The notes beneath the pieces were generated by a model that did not search any database, was not told where the DNA came from, and saw nothing but the letters and a program-made list of their open reading frames with translations. Below, one piece after another: positions 21,201 through 31,798 of a stretch of 64,000 bases of DNA (within the stretch, counting starts at the first letter, position 1; each line of letters begins with the position of its first letter). The DNA comes from Malassezia furfur. Its lineage: Eukaryota. The position numbers and the translations under genes are program-made. Location: assembly GCA_052055015.1 (NCBI GenBank), contig JBQJIT010000017.1. One strand, given 5' to 3'.

Positions 21201-21375
21201 GAAGGAGACGCACATCGTTCGAGAGTGCGCTGCATGAGGTATGTGCAACGTACCGTCCCAAGGTAATGGTGCTTTTACGAATCGTATACGTATGACGTTG
21301 GACTCCCTGCTCATCCAACAGCTGCAGAGCGCCGTACATACACGGCGCATCGGCACTTGGCCCCATGGCCTCCAT
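18276..21375 (-). CDS. N-terminal FHA domain plus long disordered SP/TP-rich region (Ki-67-like architecture), 2 introns
   Basis: Removing introns 21230-21253 and 21120-21147 gives YGALQLLDEQG...ITLGRALSNDVRL..EDVSREHCRIEF...ANGIVLNG...LADGDKLQISKHTLSFTYP, a canonical FHA pattern. Confidence 0.75.
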
Positions 21376-21428
21376 CAACCTTCGTGTTGGTCTGGCACCT
21401 GCGCGCGTGTTTGGCTGGACGCGTTGAG

Positions 21429-21436
21429 TCACGTGA
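21429..21436. promoter_or_regulatory. TCACGTGA E-box in the 87-bp divergent promoter of the FHA gene and RRP42
   Basis: Palindromic bHLH-type site between two ATGs. Confidence 0.6.
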
Positions 21437-21462
21437 ACCAAGCTCCACACCAGTCTTCGACC

Positions 21463-22473
21463 ATGTCGCATGCAGCGCTGTCCCGCGCAGAGCGCAGCTA
21501 CATTGTCGATGGATTGTCTGCGACGCCGCCACAACGCCAGGACGGGCGCTCGCTCACTGATTTTAGGCCTATCCAGGTGGAAGCTGGACAGACGCCGCAA
21601 GCAGATGGGTCTGCGCGTGTGATGCTAGGGAGCACCGAAGTGGTGTGCGGCGTGAAAGCTGAAGTGGAAGCATATCAGGCAGCGCGCGTGAGCTGCACGG
21701 CAGGGAGCAAGGAAGAAGAGTTTATGCCATGGCTTCCACCGACACCGCGGGTCCAAGCAGCCATCGAGTTCTCTCCGGCGCTGCTGCACGAGCACAATGC
21801 GGTGGAGCTGAGTATGATTACCAGCGCAGTGCAAGAGATGCTCAGCGCATGTTTCCGACTGCATTCAGATCGATTTGGCCCGCTGGATGTACGGCAGTTT
21901 ATCATTGTGCCGTTTGCCAAGTTCTGGACGCTGCATGTCGATGTCTATGTCCTTTCATGGAGTGGCGGCAATGTGCTCGATGCAATTTTTGCTGCCGTGC
22001 TCGCTGCCATTCGCAATACCCGTCTACCTGGCACGAAGATGCTGGCAATGGACACCGCAAAACTGCAGGAGGGGGCTGCGACGGCGCCCGACGCGACCGA
22101 GGACGACCCTATGGGCATGAAGTTCATTACGCGGGGCAAGAAGCACGCAGCAGGGCGTCCGGCGGCGCAGTCGGTTGACTTTGCGCTGGAGGACGAGTGG
22201 GAAGAGGGTGACCTGCTGGATGGGCGTGCCGAGGTGCCGGTGTGCATCTCCGTGTACCCTGTGCGTGACACCTTTTTGCTGGACCCGACGCTGGAGGAAG
22301 AGAGCGCGCTTTCCACGTCCATTGCGGTGCTTGCCTCGGCGAGTGGGCGGTTGTACGGTGTGCGCCAGCGAGGGGTCGGCGAGGTGACGCTTCGCACGAT
22401 GAACCAAGCCATTGAGGTGGGGATGTATTATGCACGTCAGCTAGCGAAGACACTATCCGTGTCCGTTGCGTAG
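21463..22473 (+). CDS. RRP42: Exosome core subunit, RNase PH family
   Basis: LSRAERSYIVDGL..RQDGRSLTDFRPI..QADGSARV..TEVVCGVKAEV; WTLHVDVYVLSWSGGNVLDA; FLLDPTLEEE. Confidence 0.88.
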   Translation: MSHAALSRAERSYIVDGLSATPPQRQDGRSLTDFRPIQVEAGQTPQADGSARVMLGSTEVVCGVKAEVEAYQAARVSCTAGSKEEEFMPWLPPTPRVQAAIEFSPALLHEHNAVELSMITSAVQEMLSACFRLHSDRFGPLDVRQFIIVPFAKFWTLHVDVYVLSWSGGNVLDAIFAAVLAAIRNTRLPGTKMLAMDTAKLQEGAATAPDATEDDPMGMKFITRGKKHAAGRPAAQSVDFALEDEWEEGDLLDGRAEVPVCISVYPVRDTFLLDPTLEEESALSTSIAVLASASGRLYGVRQRGVGEVTLRTMNQAIEVGMYYARQLAKTLSVSVA

Positions 22474-22508
22474 ACTACGGAAAGGACCAGGAAGTAGATA
22501 CCAACCGT

Positions 22509-24806
22509 TTACCAGTCCGTGTTGGAAGCGGCCGCGCGTCCCTGGGCGACCTTTTGCGAGCCTTTGTGCACCACGCCGTCGAGCCACGGGGTGGCCTGGC
22601 GCCGCTGCTCAAACGCGGTGATCTCCTTCTCCTTGTGGAGGGTGAGAGCAATGTCGTCAAGGCCGTTGAGCAGGCAGTGGCGCACGAACGGCGGTGTCTC
22701 GAAACTGAAGGCGGTCGTGCCGTCGGCACAGATTACCTTTTGCTGCTCGAGATCCACCGTAATCGGCTTGCCCTCCTGCGCATCCTTTGCGACGCGTGCA
22801 ATTTCCTCCGGTTGGAGCACGACAGGGAGCTGACCGTTCTTGGTCATGTTGTTTTTAAAGATGTCCGCAAAGCTCTCGGCGATCACGGCGCGGATGCCAA
22901 AGTCGAGCAGGGACCACGGCGCGTGCTCACGCGAGGAGCCACACCCAAAGTTCGAACCAGTCACGACCAGGATCTTGGCTTCGGTAAACGGCTTGCGGTT
23001 TAGCACAAAGTCGGGGATCGGCTGGTTGGTGTTCACGTCGTACCGCAGCGGCCAGAAGAGCGCCGAGCCAAGACCGGTGCGCTTGATCGTCTTGAGGAAC
23101 TGCTTCGGAATGATCACGTCCGTGTTCACGTTGGAGCGGTCCATAGGCGCCGCAATCCCCGTCAGCACACGGAACGGCTCCATGCCGCCCTGCGGGGGGA
23201 TGGCCGGCTGCGACTTGGACGCCACATCCTCCTTCTTGAGCAGCGGGTCGTCCACCGGGTCGGACACCGCACCGGGCGTGATGGTAAAGTCGCCCGAGTT
23301 GATAAACTGCATCGGGTCCTGGATCTCGATCTGGAAGTCGGCTTCTCCGGCGCTAAAGCCTGGGATCTTGCCCTGGTTGAGCTTCCGCACGTCGGTGAGG
23401 TAGCCCGTGACAGCGGCGGCGGCGGCCATCGCAGGGCTCATGAGGTGCGTACGGCCACCGGCACCCTGGCGGCCCTCAAAGTTGCGGTTCGACGTCGACG
23501 CACACCGCTCCCCCGGCGCGAGCTGGTCGGGGTTCATGCCGAGGCACATGGAGCACCCGGCCTCACGCCAGTCAAAGCCCGCGGCCTTGAATACCTTGTC
23601 GAGGCCTTCGGCCTCGGCCTGCTTCTTGACCAGACCCGAGCCCGGCACGAGCATCGCGTGCACATGCGACGCAATTTTGCGACCGTGCAGGACGCGCGCG
23701 GCCTCGCGCAGGTCCTCGATGCGCGAGTTGGTGCACGAGCCAATGAACACCTTGTCCACCTTGATCTCCTCCATGGGCGTGTTGGGTTCGAGGCCCATGT
23801 ATTGGAGCGCATGAACCCACTCGTGGCCGAGCTCCTCGCTGGGGGCGTTCTTCGGGTCAGGCACCTTGCCGGTGATGGGCACCACGTCCTGTGGGCTTGT
23901 ACCCCAGGTGACCGTGGGCGGGATATCCTTGGCATCGATGCGGACCACCTTGTCGTACACGGCGCCCTCGTCCGAGGCGAGCGACAGCCAGTACTTCATC
24001 GCGCGGTCCCACTCCTCGCCCTTGGGCACGAGCGGGCGGCCCTTGAGGTAGTCAAACGTCGTCTGGTCCGGCGCAATGAGGCCTGCGCGGGCACCGGCCT
24101 CGATACTCATGTTGCACATACTCATGCGCGCCTCCATGCTGAGGCTGCGGATCGTCGAGCCGCTGAACTCGAGCACGCCACCCGTGCCGCCGGCCGTGCC
24201 GATCACACCAATGACGTGGAGCATAATATCCTTGCTCGTAACACCCTCGGGAACGTCGCCGTTCACCTCAATGAGGATGTTCTTCATCCGCTTCTGCAGC
24301 AGCGTCTGGGTGGCCAACACGTGTTCCACCTCCGAGGTGCCAATGCCGAACGCAAGCACACCAAAGGCGCCGTGCGTCGAGGTGTGCGAGTCACCACACA
24401 CCAGCGTCGCGCCGGGCACGGTGAAGCCTTGCTCGGGACCGACGACGTGCACAATGCCCTGTCGTCGGTCGTTCAGGCCGTAGAAGGTCAGGCCGAAGTC
24501 GCGCACGTTCTGCTCGAGCGTCATGCACTGCAAACGCGAGTCGGCCTCATGCACGAACGTCTCCGTGTCGTGGTAGTCCTTCCGGCTATCCGTGGGGATG
24601 TTGTGGTCAACGGTGGCCAGGGTGCAATCGGTGCGGCGCACCTTGCGGTTCGCAAGGCGCAGGCCTTCGAACGCCTGGGGCGAGGTGACCTCGTGCACAA
24701 GATGACGGTCAATGTAGATCAAACACGTTCCATCCTCCTCTTCCGAGATCAAATGCGAGTCGAATATCTTCTGATACAGCGTCCTAGGTTTCGCTGCGGC
24801 GGCCAT
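22509..24806 (-). CDS. LEU1: 3-isopropylmalate dehydratase (fused large and small subunits)
   Basis: [72 protein letters not shown]. Confidence 0.97.
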   Translation of the reverse strand: MAAAAKPRTLYQKIFDSHLISEEEDGTCLIYIDRHLVHEVTSPQAFEGLRLANRKVRRTDCTLATVDHNIPTDSRKDYHDTETFVHEADSRLQCMTLEQNVRDFGLTFYGLNDRRQGIVHVVGPEQGFTVPGATLVCGDSHTSTHGAFGVLAFGIGTSEVEHVLATQTLLQKRMKNILIEVNGDVPEGVTSKDIMLHVIGVIGTAGGTGGVLEFSGSTIRSLSMEARMSMCNMSIEAGARAGLIAPDQTTFDYLKGRPLVPKGEEWDRAMKYWLSLASDEGAVYDKVVRIDAKDIPPTVTWGTSPQDVVPITGKVPDPKNAPSEELGHEWVHALQYMGLEPNTPMEEIKVDKVFIGSCTNSRIEDLREAARVLHGRKIASHVHAMLVPGSGLVKKQAEAEGLDKVFKAAGFDWREAGCSMCLGMNPDQLAPGERCASTSNRNFEGRQGAGGRTHLMSPAMAAAAAVTGYLTDVRKLNQGKIPGFSAGEADFQIEIQDPMQFINSGDFTITPGAVSDPVDDPLLKKEDVASKSQPAIPPQGGMEPFRVLTGIAAPMDRSNVNTDVIIPKQFLKTIKRTGLGSALFWPLRYDVNTNQPIPDFVLNRKPFTEAKILVVTGSNFGCGSSREHAPWSLLDFGIRAVIAESFADIFKNNMTKNGQLPVVLQPEEIARVAKDAQEGKPITVDLEQQKVICADGTTAFSFETPPFVRHCLLNGLDDIALTLHKEKEITAFEQRRQATPWLDGVVHKGSQKVAQGRAAASNTDW

Positions 24807-24867
24807 GATGCTCCTGCAATGCGAACATCCGGGGGAGCCAGGGTCTGACTCGGCATTTCCAATCAAC

Positions 24868-24875
24868 CACGTGAC
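24868..24875. promoter_or_regulatory. CACGTGAC E-box in the LEU1/VMA3 divergent promoter
   Basis: Motif seen directly in the intergenic spacer. Confidence 0.6.
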
Positions 24876-24980
24876 GTTTTGTCAGCAACGGCCGAGCGGC
24901 CCGCGGCTGCGAGCGGCGTGGCGCGACGGGCCCAGACGCTCCTCTATCCGGTGTTTCAGCGAGCCCACACGAACGTTAGG

Positions 24981-25674
24981 ATGAGCGAGCAGATCAACTT
25001 CGAACTGTGCCCCGTGTACGCGCCGTTCTTTGGCGCTATGGTACGTCGTCTCAGTGGAAGCGGACGGGTCACTAACACGACGATCAGGGCGTGACGGCGG
25101 CCATTGTGTTCACTTGTACGTATGCACCTACCGACGCTGACCGCTAGGTCTCGGTGCCAGTTACGGTACCGCCAAGTCGGGTGTCGGTATCTCGGCCATG
25201 GGTGTGCTTCGCCCGGACCTTCTGATCAAGTGTATTATTCCCGTCGTTATGGCTGGTATCATTGCCGTACGTACTGTGCCCGAAGCGCAAACAAACTAAC
25301 CCACCAGATTTACGGCCTGGTCGTCAGTGTCCTGATCTCGGGTGACAGTGCGTATCATGCACATGCGTTTTGCTGACCACAGTCAAGTCGCCCATGTCGC
25401 TCTACACCGGTTTCATTCAACTCGGCGCGGGTCTTTCCGTGGGTCTCGCCGGTCTTGCTGCCGGTTTCGCGATTGGCATTGTCGGTGACGCCGGTGTGCG
25501 GGGTACTGCGCAGCAGCCTCGTCTGTACATTGGTATGATTCTGATCCTCATTTTCGCCGAGGTGTTGGGTCTGTACGGCCTGATTGTCGCCCTGATCCTC
25601 AACACCCGTGCGTCGGATGTCACGATTGGCGTACGTATTCTGTTTTGCTCACCGTACAGTGCATGCTCAAGTAA
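24981..25674 (+). CDS. VMA3: V-ATPase 16-kDa proteolipid subunit c (5 short introns)
   Basis: Spliced: [14 protein letters not shown]...[23 protein letters not shown]...[15 protein letters not shown]...[38 protein letters not shown]. Confidence 0.93.
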
Positions 25675-25859
25675 TCTCGCGCGCCTTGTCCGCACCGTAC
25701 GGGTAGCGCCTGTAGCAGCCGGTCCTCATAGCTGATAAGGATGTCGAGACATCGTACGGGGGGCTGCACGCCGCACCCGCCCTGCACGAGGAAGAGTTTC
25801 GATATCTTGACGAGACTACAAGCCTAGCTCGATGCGGCCGCTACGAAGTCTTGCTCCGC

Positions 25860-27351
25860 TTAGTACATCAGGCCGGACATGTCGGCGCGGATACGGTTGT
25901 AGTCGAGCAGACCCTCGACGCGACCGGTCGCCGCGAGGGCAAAGTCCTGGTCCCAGATGTACTTCTTCGCGACGTGCTGCAGCTCCGCAGGGGTGACAGC
26001 GTCAATAGACGCCTCAATCTCCTGCGGCGTGAAGCGCTTGCCAGTGGTCACAAGCTGGCGACCAATGTCCTCGGCGATGGCGGTGGTGCCGTCGAGGCCG
26101 AGCAGAAGCGACGCCTTGAGCTGCGCCTTGGCACGCTCCACCTCGGCGGTGCCGAGACCCGTGGAAGCCCGCTGCCACTCCTTGAGCGTGAAGTGCGCAA
26201 GGTCGTCGAGGTTACCGAGGTTCTCCGAGACCATGTAGATACCCCAGAGACCCGTGTCGGAGTACGACGTGCTGAAGTGCATGAACGAGTTCGCCAGGTT
26301 GTTGCTCGAGATAATGTGCGACAGGCGGCTCGAGGTGAGCGGCGCAGCGCCGAGCGAGCGGTCCCAGTTACCAAACACGGACTGGAGGACCAGCATGGGG
26401 AAGTAGTCGGGCGACTTCCAGCTGGCACCCTGCACGGCGATGGCAAAGTTGACGGTCGACGCAGTGTCGTCCCGGTCACGCACCTCGGAGCCGATAAACT
26501 CGCTAGGGGTGTAGGGGCTCTGGCCCAGACCCACGGGGTTCGACGAGGTGGGCAGGTTGTTGAAGTGCTGCTCCGCGAGCTTGACAAGCTCCTCGTGCTC
26601 CACACCGCCGGCACCGACCAGCACCATGCGGTCGGGCGTGTACTTCGACTGAATGTAGTTGGTCAGGTCGTCGCGGCTGATAGAGAGAATGTTTTGCTTG
26701 GGGCCCAGGATCGTGCGGCCCAGCGCCTGGTTCTGGAAGGCGGTGGCATGGAGCTGGTCAAAGACGACCTCCTCGGGGAGCTTGTCGACCTCCTCCTGCT
26801 CGCGGAGGATCACGTCGCGCTCACGCTCAATCGCATTCGAGTCGAGCTTCGAGTTCTGGAGGATATCGGAGACAATGTCCACGGCCTGGGCCACGTCCTT
26901 CTTGAACGCCTTCGCGTAGTACACCGTCTGCTCACGCGAGGTGTACGCGTTCAGGTGCGCACCCATGTTCTCCACCTCAATCTCAAGCTCCTGCTGCGAG
27001 CGCTTGTGGGTGCCTGTGGGTCAGCCAGCGACCACCTACCCTTGAAGGCCATGTGCTCCAGGAAGTGGGCAGTGCCGTTCGTCCGCGCGGTCTCCGAGCG
27101 GGAGCCCGAGTCGATCCAGACACCGACAGTCGCGGTCTGCGCGCCGGGGATCGTCTCCGAGGCCACCGTGAGGCCATTGGGGAGTGTAGAGACCTGCGTC
27201 AAGGGCTGCAAACACATTGGTCAGCAATCGGTTCTTCGACCACAACACGAGCACCTACCTGGCGCGACGCAAAGGAAGAGAGCGTGCGAGCAGCACTCGG
27301 CAAGCGAACGCTCCTCTTCAGAGTAGATGCCAGAAAGAGACGGCTCGACAT
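25860..27351 (-). CDS. MAS1: Mitochondrial processing peptidase beta subunit (2 introns)
   Basis: Arg/Ser-rich presequence; [25 protein letters not shown] (HxxEH), [13 protein letters not shown]. Confidence 0.93.
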
Positions 27352-27597
27352 CACGACTATAGCCAACGAGGCGTCAAATGTGTCTCGAGGGAGAGAGAAG
27401 AATTTGATTACCCATCTTTCGTGCCCGGCTTGCCGAGCGGGCAGCAGCCACGCCAATTTGGGATATTTGCAGACCTACCCCCTCTTTCGGCCCCGGTTTC
27501 GACCGATCGGTAAAACCGAACGACGCGCATTGCTAAGCAGAAGTCACGCAGACGGCCCATGCGCACGCACGCTCCACAAAAACGTTCCTGCGGCGCG

Positions 27598-28536
27598 ATG
27601 CAGTGGCACAATCCGCGTGATGTAGGCGTGGTCGTGGGGGAAGACGACGATGTATGGGGAATCGATGTAAGCCCTGATACCCAGTCTTACTCCCCGTCAT
27701 CTGCCGGCTCATTGTCGAGCTTCGTATCTGCGCGTGGCGCTGCGGCGCGGCCCGTGGAGGCGGTGGTTATCAGTGATGCCGAGGGGGATGGCGACGACGA
27801 TGGTGATGATCTTCATATTCAGCGCGTTTATCGCCCCACTGCCGAAGAAATCCGAAGGCAGCGCATGGATGCTGCGCGCGCGGCTCTCCGCCGTGCCGCC
27901 AATGCCGCGCCGCGGCGCCCGCCACCGACCAACCCACTGTTGTCGACGTACAAATGTTCCGTGTGTTTATGTGCACCAACAAATGTGTGTGTCACGCCGT
28001 GTGGGCACATCTTTTGTGGCGCCTGCCTGTATGACGCACTTGCGATGCAATTGCGCCAGGATGGGAACGCGTGGTCCGAAACGGATTGGCTCGGCGTGAT
28101 GGGCGACCCATTGGCTGGCCGGCAGACGCGCACCAACAGCAGCATTTTCACGCCGTTCGGAAGTGGCGGAGCCATGGCGCTCGCCAATGCCGCAGGTGTC
28201 TCGTCGACGCCCACGCGCGAGCTCTTTTCGGAACTCGTGTCGCAGCGTCAGGCAAGGGCGCCAGACGAACCACCGGCAGAAACCAGCTCGCTACCTGCTA
28301 GTCGGCTACGCGCGACAAACGGCACGGGAAAGCTCCGAGGACACTGTCCCGTATGTCGAACCATGATACCCGGCGGCTTTACCGGCCCCTCCCGGCGTGG
28401 GATCCTCGGTCTAGATATTATGGTGGGCACTCCTGCCCCTGAGCCGCAGCCGGTCGACGAGAAGGACAAGCGTACTAACGAGCCAGGCACGTCCGATGCC
28501 CCTCCGTCTCATACCAAACGCGTACGTGTACAATAG
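27598..28536 (+). CDS. RING (C3HC4) E3 ligase with SIM-like motifs, Slx8/RNF4-like
   Basis: CSVCLCAPTNVCVTPCGHIFCGAC...CPVCR; N-terminal VGVVVGEDDD and EAVVISDAE resemble SUMO-interacting motifs. Confidence 0.7.
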   Translation: MQWHNPRDVGVVVGEDDDVWGIDVSPDTQSYSPSSAGSLSSFVSARGAAARPVEAVVISDAEGDGDDDGDDLHIQRVYRPTAEEIRRQRMDAARAALRRAANAAPRRPPPTNPLLSTYKCSVCLCAPTNVCVTPCGHIFCGACLYDALAMQLRQDGNAWSETDWLGVMGDPLAGRQTRTNSSIFTPFGSGGAMALANAAGVSSTPTRELFSELVSQRQARAPDEPPAETSSLPASRLRATNGTGKLRGHCPVCRTMIPGGFTGPSRRGILGLDIMVGTPAPEPQPVDEKDKRTNEPGTSDAPPSHTKRVRVQ

Positions 28537-28539
28537 TGT

Positions 28540-29218
28540 CTACGAGGATTCCTCCGATTTCGCCTGCGGGTTCTTTTCGTCCGCAGTAAGGAAGCGGCCA
28601 AAGTGTCCCCGGCGTGGGTTGAATGCAGCGCGGTGCTCTCGCTGGAGATCCAAAGCGGTCTTGAGACCGAGCAGCGACGATTGCTGGATCAGCACATTCA
28701 CGTACCAGTCGCGTCGCCAGAATAGTGTACATGTCGGGTGCCTGATAGATGCAGTCATTAATGATGTAGTAGGCAGCAGCAGGCGGATCGACTAGGTCAG
28801 CAAGCACACCTACCTTGGTTGGGACTGCGTCGATACCGCTTGTGGATCACAAAGCATGGGGCCCGCGCATGGACCAGCGCAAATTCCAAACCAGTGAACC
28901 GCCTGGGTGAGCGTGCACAACCTACTTGAGCTCCTCTTGATGCCGCTTAGCGATCTCAATCATGAGTTCAGGGCCCGACTGCGGCATCATCGCCATCGTT
29001 TGCGCGACCAACACCGCACTTTGCATGCGTACATGCTCGTTGTTGCTGTGCCGGTCGTAAAATGGTGACGTGCTAAAGTACTCCATCACATTGGACGCAT
29101 CCAACACCGATGCACCAACCGGTACACCCCCCTTCTGGGCACCCAGGTAGGCCAGCATCTCGGGGTTCTTCCATTGGACATGCAGCGGATTGAACTGCGG
29201 CACCTCTGGTGCCGCCAT
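28540..29218 (-). CDS. MED6: Mediator subunit 6 (multi-intron)
   Basis: LHVQWKNPE, NVMEYFSTSPFYDRHSNN, FTGLEF, AAYYIINDCIYQAPDMYTILATRL. Confidence 0.88.
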
Positions 29219-29307
29219 CGTCCGCGTCAATGTGGAGGAACGCGTGAGCTTGGTTGAATTTTGCATTAAATCCGAGCGCCGCGCGTTCTTCCAACGTGTT
29301 CTCTACC

Positions 29308-30123
29308 ATGACGGTTCCTGTGCAGCGCCGTGCGGCTGGTGCGAACGAGCAGGTGCTCTCGCAGTATGATGACCACGTTATGGATGATCAAGGTTCGTGA
29401 ATACGTCCGTGCTCACACAGAACAAGAGCAAGTGATTGATACCATCCGCCAGGACAACGAAAAGGCAAACTACTGGTACCGTGTATCGCTGCTGGTAATC
29501 TACGGCCTAATCCTGGTTCTGTATGTATTCATCACTCATACAGCTACCTCTCTCCTGTTCCTGCGTATGCCCTTGGGAAGCACCCCAAGAGCCACATGAC
29601 GCTCTTCTTTGTGCATCACCAAGCGGTTGGCACGGTGGATGACCTGACCTACCTGCCCGCCTTCCCCATCTACATGGTGGTTGCGTCGCTCCTGGTGTAC
29701 CTGATGTATCTCGCCTCGTACGAGATCGCAGACCGTCTGCATTTCGTCAAGCCGCAAGAGTTCACGTTTCCCCGGCAGCCGCATCCGTTTGGCACCGCGC
29801 CTTGGTGGATCGTGCCGGTGCTCCGTGACTTGCGTCTGCAGCCGAGCAAGAATGTGCAGGTTACTGAGAAGGGCAAGGGGCCCGAGAAGGTGGAGCTTGC
29901 CAAGGTGCTGCCCCCGCGCCTGACGTACGTGGGCTTCCTCTGGGTCTGCACGTGGCCCATCCCCCTCATGACGTTTGGGCTGGGCGCCTTTGACGACGCG
30001 CTGTGGTGGGCGTTCCCGTTCATGGGCGTCTCTATTCACCTGCTGATCGAGTACTGGATTTACAAGGCCGACCGCGAGGCGCTCAGCCTGTCGGGTCTGC
30101 GGTACAACTACAAGGGCGCGTAA
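29308..30123 (+). CDS. Uncharacterised multi-pass membrane protein ending LRYNYKGA (2 introns)
   Basis: Spliced frame DDQEQEQVIDTIRQDNEKAN followed by about 4 hydrophobic segments; canonical short introns join the ORF pieces. Confidence 0.65.
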
Positions 30124-30127
30124 GACA

Positions 30128-31152
30128 TCACCACATGACTTCGAGCTGGTCGTCGTCTTCTAGGTCGTTGTCTTGCACAGCGGAGCTGGGCGGCACGCGC
30201 TGATGGTGAGTTGTGAATGTGTACGCACCTCGCCCTCAAAGCTCAAATAGGCATTTGCTTTTTCGTCCGCAGTAAGATCCGCATTCTGTACAAAATGGGC
30301 GAGAATCGTGGCCATCTTGGTGGTGGGCCGAACTTTGACAGGCACCGCACTGCCCTTGGCCGCCCGCAGCACCAGCGACATGGTATCTCCATCATCCTCG
30401 TGGGTCGCGGGCGCTGGCGGTGTGGGCAGCTTCGGTGCAGGGGTGGGTACCGGCCGCTCGTCGTCCGACGAGTCGTCAATCGTGATGACATTGGAGGCCG
30501 GTGACGAGCTCTCGTTGACCTCGTTGACCTCGGCCTTTTCGACCTGTTTTTGTCGTTGCGCCTGCATCTCACGCTCGCGTGCAATGGCACGTTCGCGCAG
30601 TTTGTGCGCGTTGGGACCCTTGTAGTAGCGCGCAAGGTCGGTGTTCAGGTCGAGCGACACATCGTCGCTGGTGGGAGCACCCAGTTCGAAGTCGTCGTCG
30701 GCCTCAGGCGCCTTGGTCTGGTCGCGGCGCATGACATTCTCCACCGCACGGCGCGCAAACTCGCGCATGTCCTCGTCGAGATCGGGCGGCGGCGTGACAC
30801 TGACGCTGCGGCTTCGCGGCGCGTCGATGCGCGTGTCAGGCTCCTGAGCGGTTTCTTGCGGCGTAGGCGACGCACTCTCGCTTGTTCCGGAGCGCGAAAC
30901 CCACTCCGGAAGCGCACGTCGGCGTTTCCGGCGTGGACTCGTCTCGTCGCTGGGCGGCGGAGTGGCCGAGTGGGGTGACGCCGATTCGTCCGGTTCGTCA
31001 AGCAACGCAGGTGGGATGGATCGACGCGAGAGAAAAAACGCGTCTTCGTCGAGGCTGTTTGCCTTTGGCACCGAGACGGTCTCCTGCGGTGTTGCTGGTG
31101 CAGGCGTGGCCGCCGTGCGTGGCCGCGGACGCGGCATCGGACGCCGGGCCAT
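30128..31152 (-). CDS. ESC2: Esc2/Rad60-like protein with a C-terminal SUMO-like domain (1 intron)
   Basis: RSRSVSVTPPPD, SIM-like VITIDDSSD, C-terminal VKVRPTTKMATIL..LSFEGE|RVPPSSAVQDNDLEDDDQLEVMW*. Confidence 0.75.
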
Positions 31153-31173
31153 CGTCCGGGGGCGTCGTAGTGC

Positions 31174-31179
31174 CACGTG
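31174..31179. promoter_or_regulatory. CACGTG E-box in the 58-bp ESC2/SEC11 divergent promoter
   Basis: Motif seen directly in the intergenic spacer. Confidence 0.6.
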
Positions 31180-31210
31180 GTCGACGCGTCGTGTTCGTGT
31201 CACGCCCACA

Positions 31211-31788
31211 ATGTTCGCACAGCTGCAGGAATTGCAGGGGCAGCCCTGGCGGCGCAAGGTGTTTCAGGTGGTGCAGATGCTGCACATCATTGCGGTGGCG
31301 CTCGCCGTCTGGAAGGGACTGGCGCTCGTGACCAACACGGAATCGCCTGTGGTGGTCGTGCTGAGTGGGAGCATGGAGCCCGGTTTCTATCGCGGGGATC
31401 TGCTCTTTCTGGTCAAGACGAGCCGGCCTATCGAGGTCGGTGACGTGACCGTGTACCGTGTGCGGAACACCGAGATACCCATCGTCCACCGTGTGCTCGA
31501 GACGCATTCGTACGTTGTGATGAGTGCTGACACAGTGCCTCGCATGGTCAGCTGCTGCTCACCAAGGGCGACAACAACCTGATGGACGATATTATGCTCT
31601 ACAACGGCGCACGCTGGCTTCACAGTAGCCAGATCGTGGGCCGTGTGGTGGGGTGCGTTACGCGTGCACTGACCGCCAGCTACCTGCCCTATGTGGGCTA
31701 CGTTACGCTCCTGATGAACGACTACCCCATGCTCAAGTACGTTGTGCTGGGCCTGCTGGGCCTGTCGATGCTGTTCGAACGCGAATAG
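31211..31788 (+). CDS. SEC11: Signal peptidase complex catalytic subunit (2 introns)
   Basis: [50 protein letters not shown]. Confidence 0.95.
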
Positions 31789-31798
31789 ACCCTGTTCC

